Assembly: GCA_001004885.1 (NCBI GenBank)
Contig: LCRX01000001.1
Coordinates: 9,849-73,848, forward strand
Direction of reading: 5' to 3'
DNA: 64,000 bases
Origin: Candidatus Magasanikbacteria bacterium GW2011_GWA2_56_11
GTDB taxonomy: Bacteria > Patescibacteriota > Patescibacteriia > Magasanikbacterales > UBA922
The notes under the pieces are model-generated. The model ran no database searches. It was not told the DNA's origin and saw only the letters and a list, made by a program, of their open reading frames with translations. The translations under genes were made by a program, and so were the position numbers. Positions 39,108 to 48,322 of this stretch are shown in pieces (positions within the stretch are counted from its first letter, which is position 1; each line of letters begins with the position of its first letter).

Positions 39108-39290
39108 TTGACGATCAGCAGGCTTTGCGCTACACTGGCTATATCCGGCGCTGATGAGGGAAGGCACCCTTGGAGCCGGATGACAATTCGCTAAAGTGTT
39201 CCGGCTCGGCCGGGAAACTTGGGTGGAACCGCCCCTGGCGCGTCTGGCTTCAGGGACCCCGAGACTAATCTGTGTTAGTCTTTTTTTATT
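39108..39290 (+). promoter_or_regulatory. Promoter TTGACG-N17-TACACT followed by glycine T-box riboswitch-like leader ending in intrinsic terminator
   Basis: T-box-like AAACTTGGGTGGAACCGCC at 39214-39233 (UGGA complementary to tRNA-Gly UCCA end); GGC-containing upstream stem; terminator AGACTAA-TCTGTG-TTAGTCT+T7 at 39262-39287 immediately before glyS. Confidence 0.6.
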
Positions 39291-39357
39291 CTTAAGTAGG
39301 GCGGACGGCTGGTTGTCCCTAGCGCCGTCCCGGCCCATGGTTTACTAAAAACGTTCT

Positions 39358-40728
39358 ATGGCCTCAATGGAAGACATCATATCGCTTTGCAAGCGCCGCG
39401 GGTTTGTTTTTCCGGGTTCGGAAATTTACGGCGGCTTGGCCAACAGTTGGGATTACGGCCCGCTCGGCCATTTGCTCAAGCAAAACATCAAGGCCGCCTG
39501 GTGGAAATTTTTCGTGGCGGAGCGCGAGGATATGGTGCCGCTCGACACCGCGATTATTATGAACCCCAAAGTTTGGGAGGCTTCGGGACATATCCAGAAT
39601 TTTAGCGATCCTTTGGTCGAGTGCAAGTCCTGCCACCGCCGGTTCCGGGTAGACCACCTGCTCGAGGCGCGCGGCGCTGAGCCGGATTATGACAAGGAGA
39701 CGCCAATAGACATCCGGAATCTGCGCTGCCCGGAGTGCGGCGGCGAGCTGACAGACCCCAAGCAGTTTAATTTAATGTTTAAAACTTTTATCGGACCGAC
39801 CGAGGACGAATCCTCGGTCGCGTACCTGCGCCCCGAGACCGCGGCCGGAATGTTCGTCAATTTTAAAAATGTTCTCAATGTTACCCGTCGCCGTCTGCCT
39901 TTCGGCATCGCCCAAATCGGCAAGAATTTCCGCAACGAAATAACGCCGGGGAATTTTATTTTTCGCACGCGCGAGTTCGAGATCGGGGAATTCGAATATT
40001 TTATCCGCCCGCAGGGCTGGGAGGAGGTATTTGAAATGTGGCTCAAAGAGATCAGTCGCTGGTGGGGAGACGTCATGCGGATTAACCTGGATAACTTGGT
40101 GTGGCACGAAATTCCCGCCGCCGACCGGGCGTTTTACAGCCGCCGGACCGTGGATATCGAGTACAAGTATCCTTTTGGCGTAAAAGAGCTGCACGGCATT
40201 GCTTACCGGACGGATTACGATTTGTCCCGGCACGAAGAGCGGAGCGGACAGGACCTGCATTACACGGATCCGGTTACCAATGAACGCTTTATCCCGCACG
40301 TGATTGAGCCGACATTCGGCCTTGACCGGATGTTGCTGGTGTCCCTTTTGGAAGCCTACCGCGAAGAAGAGGCGCCGACGGCGGTCGAGGGCGAGACCGA
40401 AAAGCGCGTCGTACTGAAATTTCCCCGGCATCTCGCGCCGATTAAGGCGGCAGTTTTGCCGCTGTCCAAGAAACCGGAGTTGAACGCGGTGGCCAGGCCC
40501 TTGGCGCAGGCCCTGCGCCGGCGCTGGATGGTAGATTATGACGAAACCCAGAGCATCGGCAAACGTTACCGCCGGCAGGATGAGATTGGCACGCCTTTCT
40601 GCATCACGGTGGATTTCGATACCCTCGAAGACAAAAAAGTAACGGTGCGCGATCGGGATACGATGGAGCAGACTCGCCTGCCCATTGACGACGTGGCCCA
40701 TTATTTGTCCGAGCGTTTGGAGACCTAA
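39358..40728 (+). CDS. glyQS: Glycine--tRNA ligase (dimeric class II, GlyQS type)
   Basis: EDIISLCKRRGFVFPGSEIYGGLANSWDYGPLGHLLKQNIKAAWW... hallmark N-terminus; 456 aa. Confidence 0.9.
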   Translation: MASMEDIISLCKRRGFVFPGSEIYGGLANSWDYGPLGHLLKQNIKAAWWKFFVAEREDMVPLDTAIIMNPKVWEASGHIQNFSDPLVECKSCHRRFRVDHLLEARGAEPDYDKETPIDIRNLRCPECGGELTDPKQFNLMFKTFIGPTEDESSVAYLRPETAAGMFVNFKNVLNVTRRRLPFGIAQIGKNFRNEITPGNFIFRTREFEIGEFEYFIRPQGWEEVFEMWLKEISRWWGDVMRINLDNLVWHEIPAADRAFYSRRTVDIEYKYPFGVKELHGIAYRTDYDLSRHEERSGQDLHYTDPVTNERFIPHVIEPTFGLDRMLLVSLLEAYREEEAPTAVEGETEKRVVLKFPRHLAPIKAAVLPLSKKPELNAVARPLAQALRRRWMVDYDETQSIGKRYRRQDEIGTPFCITVDFDTLEDKKVTVRDRDTMEQTRLPIDDVAHYLSERLET

Positions 40729-40761
40729 AACTTTCGTTTTGTTATCTTACTTTGTCCGCCT

Positions 40762-42021
40762 ATGTACGAGCATTACCGCTTACCCAACAAGGCCAACGTC
40801 TATCTGGTGCCGTTTGACAGCACCAATTCGGTTACGGGCCTGATTATGTTTCCGGTCGGCTCCCGCTACGAACCGGAAAAGTTGAACGGAGTCTCACACT
40901 ATATCGAACACCTGATGTTCAAGGGCACGGCCAAGCGCAAGAGCACCTTGCTTTTGACCAGGGAAATCGACCGGCTTGGCGCTGAGTACAATGCCTTCAC
41001 GGGCAAGGAGACGACCGGCTACTATATCAAGGCTGACGCCCGCTACTCCGAGACGCTGGTGGATATTTTGTCGGACATGCTTTTCAACTCGCTCTTTGAC
41101 GCCAAAGAAATGGAGCGCGAAAAAGGCGTCGTGGTCGAGGAATTGCGCATGTACGAGGACAATCCGCTCATGAATATTGATACTATTTTGGAAAAGGCTC
41201 TCTACGAAGGCTGTCCGCTTTCCTGGGATATCGGCGGCACGCCGCGGCACGTGAAGAGCTATGAGCGCCAGGATGTTTTGGCTTTCCGCGATCGGTACTA
41301 TGATCCGAGCGCCATGACGATAGTTTTTGCCGGTTCTATACGCCCGGAAATGAAGCGGCACATAGCCCAGTATTTCGGATCCCGCGCTTCCGCGCGTCGC
41401 GTTTCCGGCGTCTACAAGCCGGGCCGGTTTGGTCCGGCAGAAAAGAGCCGTCGCCTCGTGGTCCAGCACAAAAAAAACGATCAGGCGCAGATGATGCTGG
41501 GTTTTCCCGCTTTCGCGCACCGGGACAAGGTTAGCCCGGTGATGGCGGTGTTAAATACGATTTTGGGCGGCAGCATGAGTTCGCGTCTGTTTATCCAAAT
41601 CCGGGAGCGCCGCGGCCTGGCGTACGTGGTCAAAAGCGGAGTCCAACCGTTTCGTGATATCGGACATTTTTACGTTCAGGCCGGCCTGGAGCCGAAAAAT
41701 ATCAACCGGGCCATCGTCTGCATCAAAGAGGAACTCGAAAAAATGGCGGCGCGGCCGGTAACGAAGCGCGAACTGGCGGACGCCAAGACGCATATCCGCG
41801 GCGGCCTTACTCTGAATCTTGAGGACTCGAGCAACCAGGCGGACTGGTACGCCCGTCAGGCTTTGTTTATGGACCGCATTTACACACCCGAGGAGCGCTT
41901 GGCGCAGATCGACGCGGTAACAGCCGAGGATATCGGAGCGCTGGCGAGAAAAACATTCCGTCTAAACGAAATGCGCGTGGCAATCATCGGCGACGTGCAG
42001 CGGGAGGCGGTAAAATATTGA
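40762..42021 (+). CDS. M16 family zinc peptidase (insulinase-like)
   Basis: inverted zinc motif HYIEHLMFKGT (HxxEH). Confidence 0.8.
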   Translation: MYEHYRLPNKANVYLVPFDSTNSVTGLIMFPVGSRYEPEKLNGVSHYIEHLMFKGTAKRKSTLLLTREIDRLGAEYNAFTGKETTGYYIKADARYSETLVDILSDMLFNSLFDAKEMEREKGVVVEELRMYEDNPLMNIDTILEKALYEGCPLSWDIGGTPRHVKSYERQDVLAFRDRYYDPSAMTIVFAGSIRPEMKRHIAQYFGSRASARRVSGVYKPGRFGPAEKSRRLVVQHKKNDQAQMMLGFPAFAHRDKVSPVMAVLNTILGGSMSSRLFIQIRERRGLAYVVKSGVQPFRDIGHFYVQAGLEPKNINRAIVCIKEELEKMAARPVTKRELADAKTHIRGGLTLNLEDSSNQADWYARQALFMDRIYTPEERLAQIDAVTAEDIGALARKTFRLNEMRVAIIGDVQREAVKY

Positions 42022-42022
42022 T

Positions 42023-42763
42023 ATGAAATATTTCTTTGCCAACTGGAAAATGTATTTAACCGCGGCCGAGAGCCGGAGCGCGGCGCGTTCCCTGGCCGGT
42101 TTTTCTCTTCCGGAGGGTATTAGGGCGGCTGTTTTCCCCAACACTTTGGCGTTTTCGGCAGCGGCCGATGAGCTTGGCGGCTCGTATTGGCAACTGGGAG
42201 CGCAGAACGTGGACTCTACTCCGCAGGGAGCCTACACCGGCGCTACCTCGGCTCTGATGTTCAAAGAAGCGGGCGCGGTCTACGCCTTGGTAGGCCACTC
42301 GGAACGGCGGCACATTTTCGGCGAGACCGATGAGGCCGCGCACAACAAAACCCAGGCTTGCCTGGATGCGGGGCTCATTCCGGTAGTGTGCGTCGGCGAA
42401 TCCGAGTCCGATCGGAAAGAGGACAAGCGCCAGTACCGGCTTAAAAAGCAGCTTTTCCAGGTTTTTACCGGCCTTAACTTGCCCTCCGGCGCGGCCTTGG
42501 TTGCCTATGAGCCGGTATGGGCGATAGGCAGCGGCGAACCGTGCGCGCCAGCCGACGCCGACGATGTCGCCGGCTGGATTAAGCTGGAGTTGTCCCAGTC
42601 CTTCGGCTTAACGGCGGCAGTGCTTTACGGCGGCAGCGTAACGCCCGACAATGTCGCGGGCTATCTGGAGCGCGAGGCGATCGACGGCGTACTCTCGGGC
42701 AGCGCCTCGACGCGTCCGGACTCAGTGGCCGCCATGCTGGCCGCCGTCGAAGGCAGCGGCTAG
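42023..42763 (+). CDS. tpiA: Triosephosphate isomerase
   Basis: ANWKMYLT, GHSERRHIFGETDE, AYEPVWAIGSG motifs. Confidence 0.9.
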   Translation: MKYFFANWKMYLTAAESRSAARSLAGFSLPEGIRAAVFPNTLAFSAAADELGGSYWQLGAQNVDSTPQGAYTGATSALMFKEAGAVYALVGHSERRHIFGETDEAAHNKTQACLDAGLIPVVCVGESESDRKEDKRQYRLKKQLFQVFTGLNLPSGAALVAYEPVWAIGSGEPCAPADADDVAGWIKLELSQSFGLTAAVLYGGSVTPDNVAGYLEREAIDGVLSGSASTRPDSVAAMLAAVEGSG

Positions 42764-42808
42764 TTTTTCGCGGCCGCTTTAACGGTTAACTTTTTTTACT
42801 GAACATTT

Positions 42809-43705
42809 ATGATGATTATTCTGCCGGCCATTTTGCTCGTTTTGTCTCTGGCAACGGCGGTGGCTGTCATCATCAGAAAATTTCCCCAATTGGTCCTGCT
42901 CGACGTAGAGAGCCTGCCGGAGGTAAAGCTGGCGCAGAAGAAAGACGAGTTTATCCGTAAGCGGGCCGAAGTGCAGGCCGCCATGCTGAACCAGAAGCTA
43001 TTGGGTTTTTTGGGACCGGTGTCGGCCTGGTACCGGCAGTGGCAGGCGAAATTTCGCCGTTATGTATCCGATCTCGAACGCCGCGTGGCCGACAAAGACG
43101 GGCGCAGCCGGTCGCTTATCAAAGAGCGGGACGAGGCAGCGGATAAGGAAGAAATTGCCCTTCATCTGGAAGAAGGCCGCAAGGCTCTCGAAGGCCGCGA
43201 TTTTGCGTCCGCCGAGCAGCACTATATCGCCGCGATTAAAATTGACGAAAAAAGCGTGCCGGCTTATTCCGGTTTGGGAGACGTGTACGCGGCGCAGGAG
43301 CATTTTGAAGAGGCCAAACAGACATATCGTTTCGTGCTGTATCTGAATCCGGTCGAGGAGCACGCCCTCTTGAGTCTGGCCGAAATCGCCGAAGAACAGG
43401 GGAGACTGGACACGGCCGTGCAGTATTATCAGGAGTTGATTTTGCATAATGAAAACATCTCTTCGCGGTTTGCGAAGCTATGCGATCTGTTGATGCAGCT
43501 TGGCCAGTACCCGACCGCGCTCGAGGCCATCCGCCAGGCCGTATACCTGGAGCCGCAGAACCCGAAATATCTTGACAATCTCATCGAAGCGAGTATAATG
43601 GTGGGGAATAAAACGCTGGCTGAAGAGGCTTACCGCGAGCTGCGCATGGTGAACCCCGAGAACCAAAAACTCGCGGTTTTCAAAGAGCGTCTCGACGCTC
43701 TCTAA
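42809..43705 (+). CDS. TM-anchored TPR-repeat protein
   Basis: N-terminal hydrophobic helix; tetratricopeptide-like repeats (AYSGLGDVYAAQEHFEEAKQTY...). Confidence 0.6.
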   Translation: MMIILPAILLVLSLATAVAVIIRKFPQLVLLDVESLPEVKLAQKKDEFIRKRAEVQAAMLNQKLLGFLGPVSAWYRQWQAKFRRYVSDLERRVADKDGRSRSLIKERDEAADKEEIALHLEEGRKALEGRDFASAEQHYIAAIKIDEKSVPAYSGLGDVYAAQEHFEEAKQTYRFVLYLNPVEEHALLSLAEIAEEQGRLDTAVQYYQELILHNENISSRFAKLCDLLMQLGQYPTALEAIRQAVYLEPQNPKYLDNLIEASIMVGNKTLAEEAYRELRMVNPENQKLAVFKERLDAL

Positions 43706-43781
43706 ACTAACGCGGCGGTTAAATAGCTTCGTCTCAACTCTCCGCGCAGGCTTGGCCTGCCGTAGCCGCGGGCGAAGGCAG

Positions 43782-43854
43782 GCCATCTTAGCTCAGCTGG
43801 TAGAGCAACGGTTTTGTAAACCGTAGGTCGCGGGTTCGAATCCCGCAGATGGCT
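43782..43854 (+). tRNA. tRNA-Thr (anticodon TGT)
   Basis: GCCATCTTAGCTCAGCTGGTAGAGCAACGGTTTTGTAAACCGTAGGTCGCGGGTTCGAATCCCGCAGATGGCT; perfect acceptor stem. Confidence 0.8.
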
Positions 43855-43859
43855 CACAA

Positions 43860-43943
43860 GGGTCGGTTCCAGAGCGGTCAAATGGGGCAGACTGTAAATC
43901 TGCTGGCTCTACGCCTTCGCAGGTTCGAATCCTGCCCGGCCCA
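43860..43943 (+). tRNA. tRNA-Tyr (anticodon GTA, long variable arm)
   Basis: GGGTCGGTTCCAGAGCGGTCAAATGGGGCAGACTGTAAATCTGC... close to E. coli tRNA-Tyr. Confidence 0.8.
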
Positions 43944-43951
43944 CATAATTT

Positions 43952-43978
43952 GAAAAGCACCCAGCGGGTGCTTTTCAA
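43952..43978. terminator. Hairpin AAAAGCACCC-AGC-GGGTGCTTTT after tRNA pair
   Basis: perfect 10-bp IR flanked by A/T runs. Confidence 0.7.
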
Positions 43979-44052
43979 ATCGGCCTCTAAGTTGCCTCCG
44001 GCTGAGCTTCCTGCTATACTAAAAGCGTTTTATTTACTTCTAATTAATCCCT

Positions 44053-44313
44053 ATGGTGAAAAGCCTGTGTGGCGTGCATAAGCTCGCCCTGGTGCTCTTG
44101 GTTGTCGGCGGTCTCAATTGGGGTCTGGTCGGCCTGTTCGATTGGAACCTGGTTACCGCCCTGTTCGGTTCCGTCCCGATGATCGAGCGCGCGGTCTACG
44201 TGCTTGTCGGCCTCTCGGCGGTGTTCATGCTTTTGAGCGGGATGTGCAAAAAATGCGGCGCCTGCTGCCAGTCGGGCGGGATGAAGGCGGCGGAGGGAGA
44301 AAAAAAGGCCTAG
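44053..44313 (+). CDS. DUF378 family small membrane protein
   Basis: LVLLVVGGLNWGLVGLFDWNLVTALFG...VYVLVGLSAVFML matches the DUF378 pattern. Confidence 0.65.
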   Translation: MVKSLCGVHKLALVLLVVGGLNWGLVGLFDWNLVTALFGSVPMIERAVYVLVGLSAVFMLLSGMCKKCGACCQSGGMKAAEGEKKA

Positions 44314-44334
44314 TATTCTGGATAAGAAATTAAA

Positions 44335-44364
44335 TAAAGCCCCCGCGTGGGGGCTTTATTTTGG
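44335..44364. terminator. Hairpin AAAGCCCCCGCGTGGGGGCTTT + TTTT
   Basis: perfect IR between convergent genes. Confidence 0.7.
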
Positions 44365-44418
44365 TCTAACCTGATAATGCGCTAGGGTTTCTGGGGAAAT
44401 TTACAGTTTTCAGCCGAT

Positions 44419-44991
44419 TTACCGCGCTACTATGCGCCTGATTCCGGCCTTGTGCTCGAGCGCGCCAACGCGTCCGTCGAGTTCATGGTAGTCAGTTTGC
44501 CAGGCGGTTTGCTGCAGGCTCAGTTCGATGCGTTCCTGGCCTTCTTTGAGGACTTGAATGTCGCTTTTCATTTCCCGCACGTCGCTTTTAATATCCGCTA
44601 CTTCGCTCTTTAACCCTTGTACGTCGCTTTTAAGGCCTTGTACGTCGCCTTTAATACCCTGTACGTCGCTTTTAAGGCCTTGTACGTCGCCTTTAATACC
44701 CTCTACGTCGCTTTTAAGACCTTTTACTTCGCTTTTGAGCCCCTGTACGTCGTCTTTAAGACACTGCACGTCGCCTTTCATTTCCCCCACATCGTCTTTA
44801 AGTCCTTGTACATCGCCCTTAAGACACTGCACGTCGCTTTTAATCCCCAGTATCTCTCCCTTAATTCCTTGGATTTCGCCTTTGACCCCGTGTAGTTCAG
44901 TGTTGAATTTTTCTGTTATTTCAGCAAAACCGCTAGCCACCATCACGGCCAAGTCGTCCAAAGTGATTTTTTTGCCCCCCATAAAAAACAC
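44419..44991 (-). CDS. Hypothetical heptad-repeat protein (~14 x [K-(G/S)-(D/E)-V-Q-G-(L/I)])
   Basis: translation ...KGDVQGLKDDVGEMKGDVQCLKDDVQGLKSEVKGLKSDVEGIKGDVQGLKSDVQGIKGDVQGLKSDVQGLKSEV...; no signal peptide. Confidence 0.55.
   Translation of the reverse strand: MFFMGGKKITLDDLAVMVASGFAEITEKFNTELHGVKGEIQGIKGEILGIKSDVQCLKGDVQGLKDDVGEMKGDVQCLKDDVQGLKSEVKGLKSDVEGIKGDVQGLKSDVQGIKGDVQGLKSDVQGLKSEVADIKSDVREMKSDIQVLKEGQERIELSLQQTAWQTDYHELDGRVGALEHKAGIRRIVAR
44560..44900. repeat. 21-bp tandem DNA repeat (~16 units; 42-bp higher-order unit GTACGTCGCTTTTAAGGCCTT / GTACGTCGCCTTTAATACCCT) encoding the heptad repeats
   Basis: read directly from sequence. Confidence 0.85.
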
Positions 44992-45130
44992 TTAAAAATA
45001 ATGGCGCGCTCTCGGTTCAGTATACCAGGAAAATAAGGGGCGTCAATTTTGGTTTTATAAACAAAAAAACGCCTGGGTGCGTCTTGGGGATGGGGTGTGT
45101 CACTCTCTGTGGGGGTATAGTCTCGCCCGG

Positions 45131-46724
45131 TCAGTCTCCGATGAGGCCGGCGAGCGTGAGGAGCGGCTTCGCGACGCCGCCGATGCCCTCGCCGACGATC
45201 GAGCCGACGGCGATGGTGGTGAGCGTCATCTCGGACCACTTCAGTAAGCGCCCCAGGACGACCCAGAGCAGGATGCCGCCCAGGAAGAACCCCAGGTCGT
45301 AGCCGATCGGCAGGATTAGGCCGATCCCGATCCCGATCGAACCCGGCAGCCAGCGCTTGAACTTCGTCTCCTCGAGAAGCGTGTAGGCGACGCCGATGAG
45401 GGCGCCGATCAGCAGGGCCTCGAGGGCGAAGTCGGGGAGGGGCTTCTTGCCCTCGAAGATGAGGGCGCTCGTGGCCCAGATCTTGGCCACCGGGGCCGGG
45501 AGCGTCCCGGTCTCGAAGTTGAGCGATTCGGCCGTCGCGATCTGGCCGAAGACGAAGGCGGCGATGAGCGCGCAGGGGATGATGGTCGCCGTCTGCAGCC
45601 AGAACTGGACGCCCGGCCGGACCTTGAACCATCGGCCGTAGGCCAGGTCGCCTGCAAGGTTGCCGGCTTGGGCGCCGCTGCCGGCGACCATACCGGCTCC
45701 GGTCAGCGTCGCGTCCGCGGCCGGCGCTCCGCACATGGCGGTAAAGCCTTGGAGGAGCACCCCCATCACCCGCGCTGGGTTGAACGCTGTCTGCGCCGCC
45801 GCCCGGGTGGCGATGATGTTTTGCAGAAGGCCGCCGACGACGATGAGGCCGATGACGAGCATTACCGAGAGCCCCCACCCGATGTGCAGGAACAGCACGG
45901 TGGCGAGCAGGCTCACGGCCGCGAACTCCGGCGTGAGGTCGAGCTATTGGAAGACAGCCATAAGCGTCCTGCATATCGGCGGGCAGGTAGCGCGCCATCA
46001 CGACGAGGACGATGGCGCCGACGAGGAAGCCGACGCTGGTGCGCAGGCCCATGAGGTAGGCGCCTCCGATCGCGAAGGGCGACCAGGCGATGGCCGCCCC
46101 GTAGGCCGCGAGCCCGAAGATCGCGAGCTCGGTGCTCTCGGGGACGAGGGCGAAGCCGCCGTCGCTGTTCAGGACCACGTAGCCGCAGCAGGCGACGAAC
46201 GTGGCCAGGAGGTAGTACGGCTGCCGGCGGTCGCCGCGCTCGGCCAGGGTCTCGATGATGCTCTTCGTGGCCACCGAGCTGGGCCAGGGCAGCTTGTCGC
46301 GCACGATGAGGAGCTCGCGCAAGAGCGGCACGAAGGCCAGGCCGACGAGGCTCGTGACGACGATGAAGGACACCATGCCCCAGAACGTCAGGGCGCCGCC
46401 CACCATGAACTTGGCCGCGAAGAAGTTCGAGACAAAGCCCAGACTCCCTCCGGCCGATCCCATCGTGGCCACGATCACGAGCTCGTGCGAGCTGATCTTG
46501 GTCCGCGAGAGGAAGAAGCAGGCGAAGAAGATGAGAGCCGCGATGGTCGGCCCTTCCTCGATCACCCCGAACGACAGGGTGAGGTAGGAGTTCATGGCGC
46601 ACAACAGGGCCGCGAGCACGAAGCCCGCGGCCACGCTCCGGAACGTCAGGGTCTGGGCCGCGGGCGCCGGGGAAACCGGCTCGGCCTGCGGTTGGCTTAC
46701 TTCCGCTACACTTGCACTCACCAC
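45131..46724 (-). pseudogene. OPT-family oligopeptide transporter gene, apparently frameshifted near 45930-45960; ~68% GC
   Basis: N-terminal 300 aa in one frame (…LCAMNSYLTLSFGVIEEGPTIAALIF…) and C-terminal 261 aa in another frame; junction …MQDAYG | LDLTPEFAAVSLLATV…. Confidence 0.55.
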
Positions 46725-46957
46725 TCACCTCGCTTGTACTAACAGAGAGTGACACTTCTTCTGTCCACCTCTCCGGGTCTACCAACTTTCTGCCGCTTCT
46801 GCGGCAGCATGCCCTTTCGAGATGGACATGTTTCTCCCTGTTAGCAGTTGAATTGTAGAGAACAGATTGGCAGAAGCTTATAGCGAAAGCAGCGGGTTTG
46901 TCAAGGCGGGATGGACAGGCGGTGGACGGCCGGGTACAATAAAAACGTTCTATTTTT

Positions 46958-47821
46958 ATGCCCGAATTACCCGAAGTCGAAACTATCCGCCGCGATTTGG
47001 CCGAGCGGATCACCGGCAAAAAAATCGCCGGGGTGTCGGTCCGCCATGCGAAAACCGTGCGCGGCGCGCCGGCTGTTTTTTCGCGGCGTTTGGTTGGCCG
47101 CTCGGTGCGGGCGATACACCGCGTCGGCAAGCTGCTTATATTTATCTTCGACGTCCCCGATTACCAGCTGCTTGTGCACCTGAAAATGACCGGCCAGCTC
47201 ATTTATCGCGGCCAGACGGCGTTAGTCGCTGGCGGACATTTCCTGTCCGGGGCGGTTTTGGAATTGCCGGGCCGCCATACGCGCGTGGTCATCTCTTTCT
47301 CCGACGGCGCCGAGTTGTTTTTTAACGATATGCGTTTGTTCGGGTACATGCATTTATCGGACCCGGAAACGGTAGACCGGGTAAAGAAAACTTACGGTAT
47401 CGAACCTTTGACTCCGGATTTTACCCTCGAGAGGTTCCAAAAAATTGTGCGGCCACGCCGAACGAGCATCAAGGCCGTGCTGCTGCGCCAGAACCTAATC
47501 GCCGGGCTGGGTAACATCTACGCGGACGAAGCCTGTTTTCGGGCCGGTATCCGTCCGGATCGTCCGGCTCGCGGTTTGACCCCGGAGGAAATCGTGCGGC
47601 TCCACCGGGCCTGCGAACACGTAATCCGCTTGGGCATTAAACATCGCGGAACGACTTTCAACAGCTTCGTAGACGCCGACGGCCGCAGCGGGGGGTTCCT
47701 TAGGCTGCTGCGAGTCTACGGCCGGGACGGAGAGCGATGCCTGGGATGCAAAACCGCCCTTATTAAAAAAATCAGGACAGCCGGGCGGGGTACCCATTTT
47801 TGTCCGGTGTGTCAAGTATAA
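46958..47821 (+). CDS. mutM: Formamidopyrimidine-DNA glycosylase
   Basis: MPELPEVETIRRDL N-terminus (Pro2 nucleophile), C-terminal zinc finger C..C...CPVCQ. Confidence 0.9.
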   Translation: MPELPEVETIRRDLAERITGKKIAGVSVRHAKTVRGAPAVFSRRLVGRSVRAIHRVGKLLIFIFDVPDYQLLVHLKMTGQLIYRGQTALVAGGHFLSGAVLELPGRHTRVVISFSDGAELFFNDMRLFGYMHLSDPETVDRVKKTYGIEPLTPDFTLERFQKIVRPRRTSIKAVLLRQNLIAGLGNIYADEACFRAGIRPDRPARGLTPEEIVRLHRACEHVIRLGIKHRGTTFNSFVDADGRSGGFLRLLRVYGRDGERCLGCKTALIKKIRTAGRGTHFCPVCQV

Positions 47822-47941
47822 TTGTGATAGGCTATTTTATAGCCGGGACAGCGGCCTGGGCAGAAAATCCCCGCCATCCGAAGCGTCCGAACGCAATTTC
47901 GCCGAAGCCTCCCCGCACGATCTTGCCTGCCCGACAAAATC

Positions 47942-47970
47942 TTGACACGTTTAGAACGTTTGGTTATACT
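47942..47970 (+). promoter_or_regulatory. Promoter TTGACA-N17-TATACT for tRNA-Val/Thr transcription unit
   Basis: perfect -35 and near-perfect -10 with 17-nt spacer. Confidence 0.55.
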
Positions 47971-48030
47971 AGACCCGTTTTACGGACAAGGCCTGCCTGC
48001 CGTAGTCCGCTAGCTTACGGACATAACTAG

Positions 48031-48104
48031 GCACGCCTAGCTCAGTTGGTTAGAGCATCTCGTTTACACCGAGAGGGTCGGGGGTTCGAATCCCTCGGCG
48101 TGCA
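48031..48104 (+). tRNA. tRNA-Val (anticodon TAC)
   Basis: GCACGCCTAGCTCAGTTGGTTAGAGCATCTCGTTTACACCGAGAGGGTCGGGGGTTCGAATCCCTCGGCGTGCA. Confidence 0.8.
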
Positions 48105-48149
48105 CACCTCCGCCCCGCTTTGGCGGGTTGCGGTACCAGGCAAATACAA

Positions 48150-48222
48150 GCCGTTGTAGCTCAGTTGGTAGAGCGCGTCCATGGTAAGGACGAGGTCACC
48201 GGTTCAATCCCGGTCAACGGCT
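48150..48222 (+). tRNA. tRNA-Thr (anticodon GGT)
   Basis: GCCGTTGTAGCTCAGTTGGTAGAGCGCGTCCATGGTAAGGACGAGGTCACCGGTTCAATCCCGGTCAACGGCT. Confidence 0.8.
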
Positions 48223-48226
48223 CGGG

Positions 48227-48254
48227 TAAAACTCCGCCCCCCTAGGCGGAGTTT
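48227..48254 (+). terminator. Hairpin AAAACTCCGCC-CCCCTA-GGCGGAGTTTT
   Basis: perfect IR with T-run after tRNA-Thr. Confidence 0.7.
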
Positions 48255-48322
48255 TATGTAATTGTAAATGCAAATAACGCTGGTGGACAGTAGGACCAAT
48301 TAAGATTTATAATTCTATCGAT

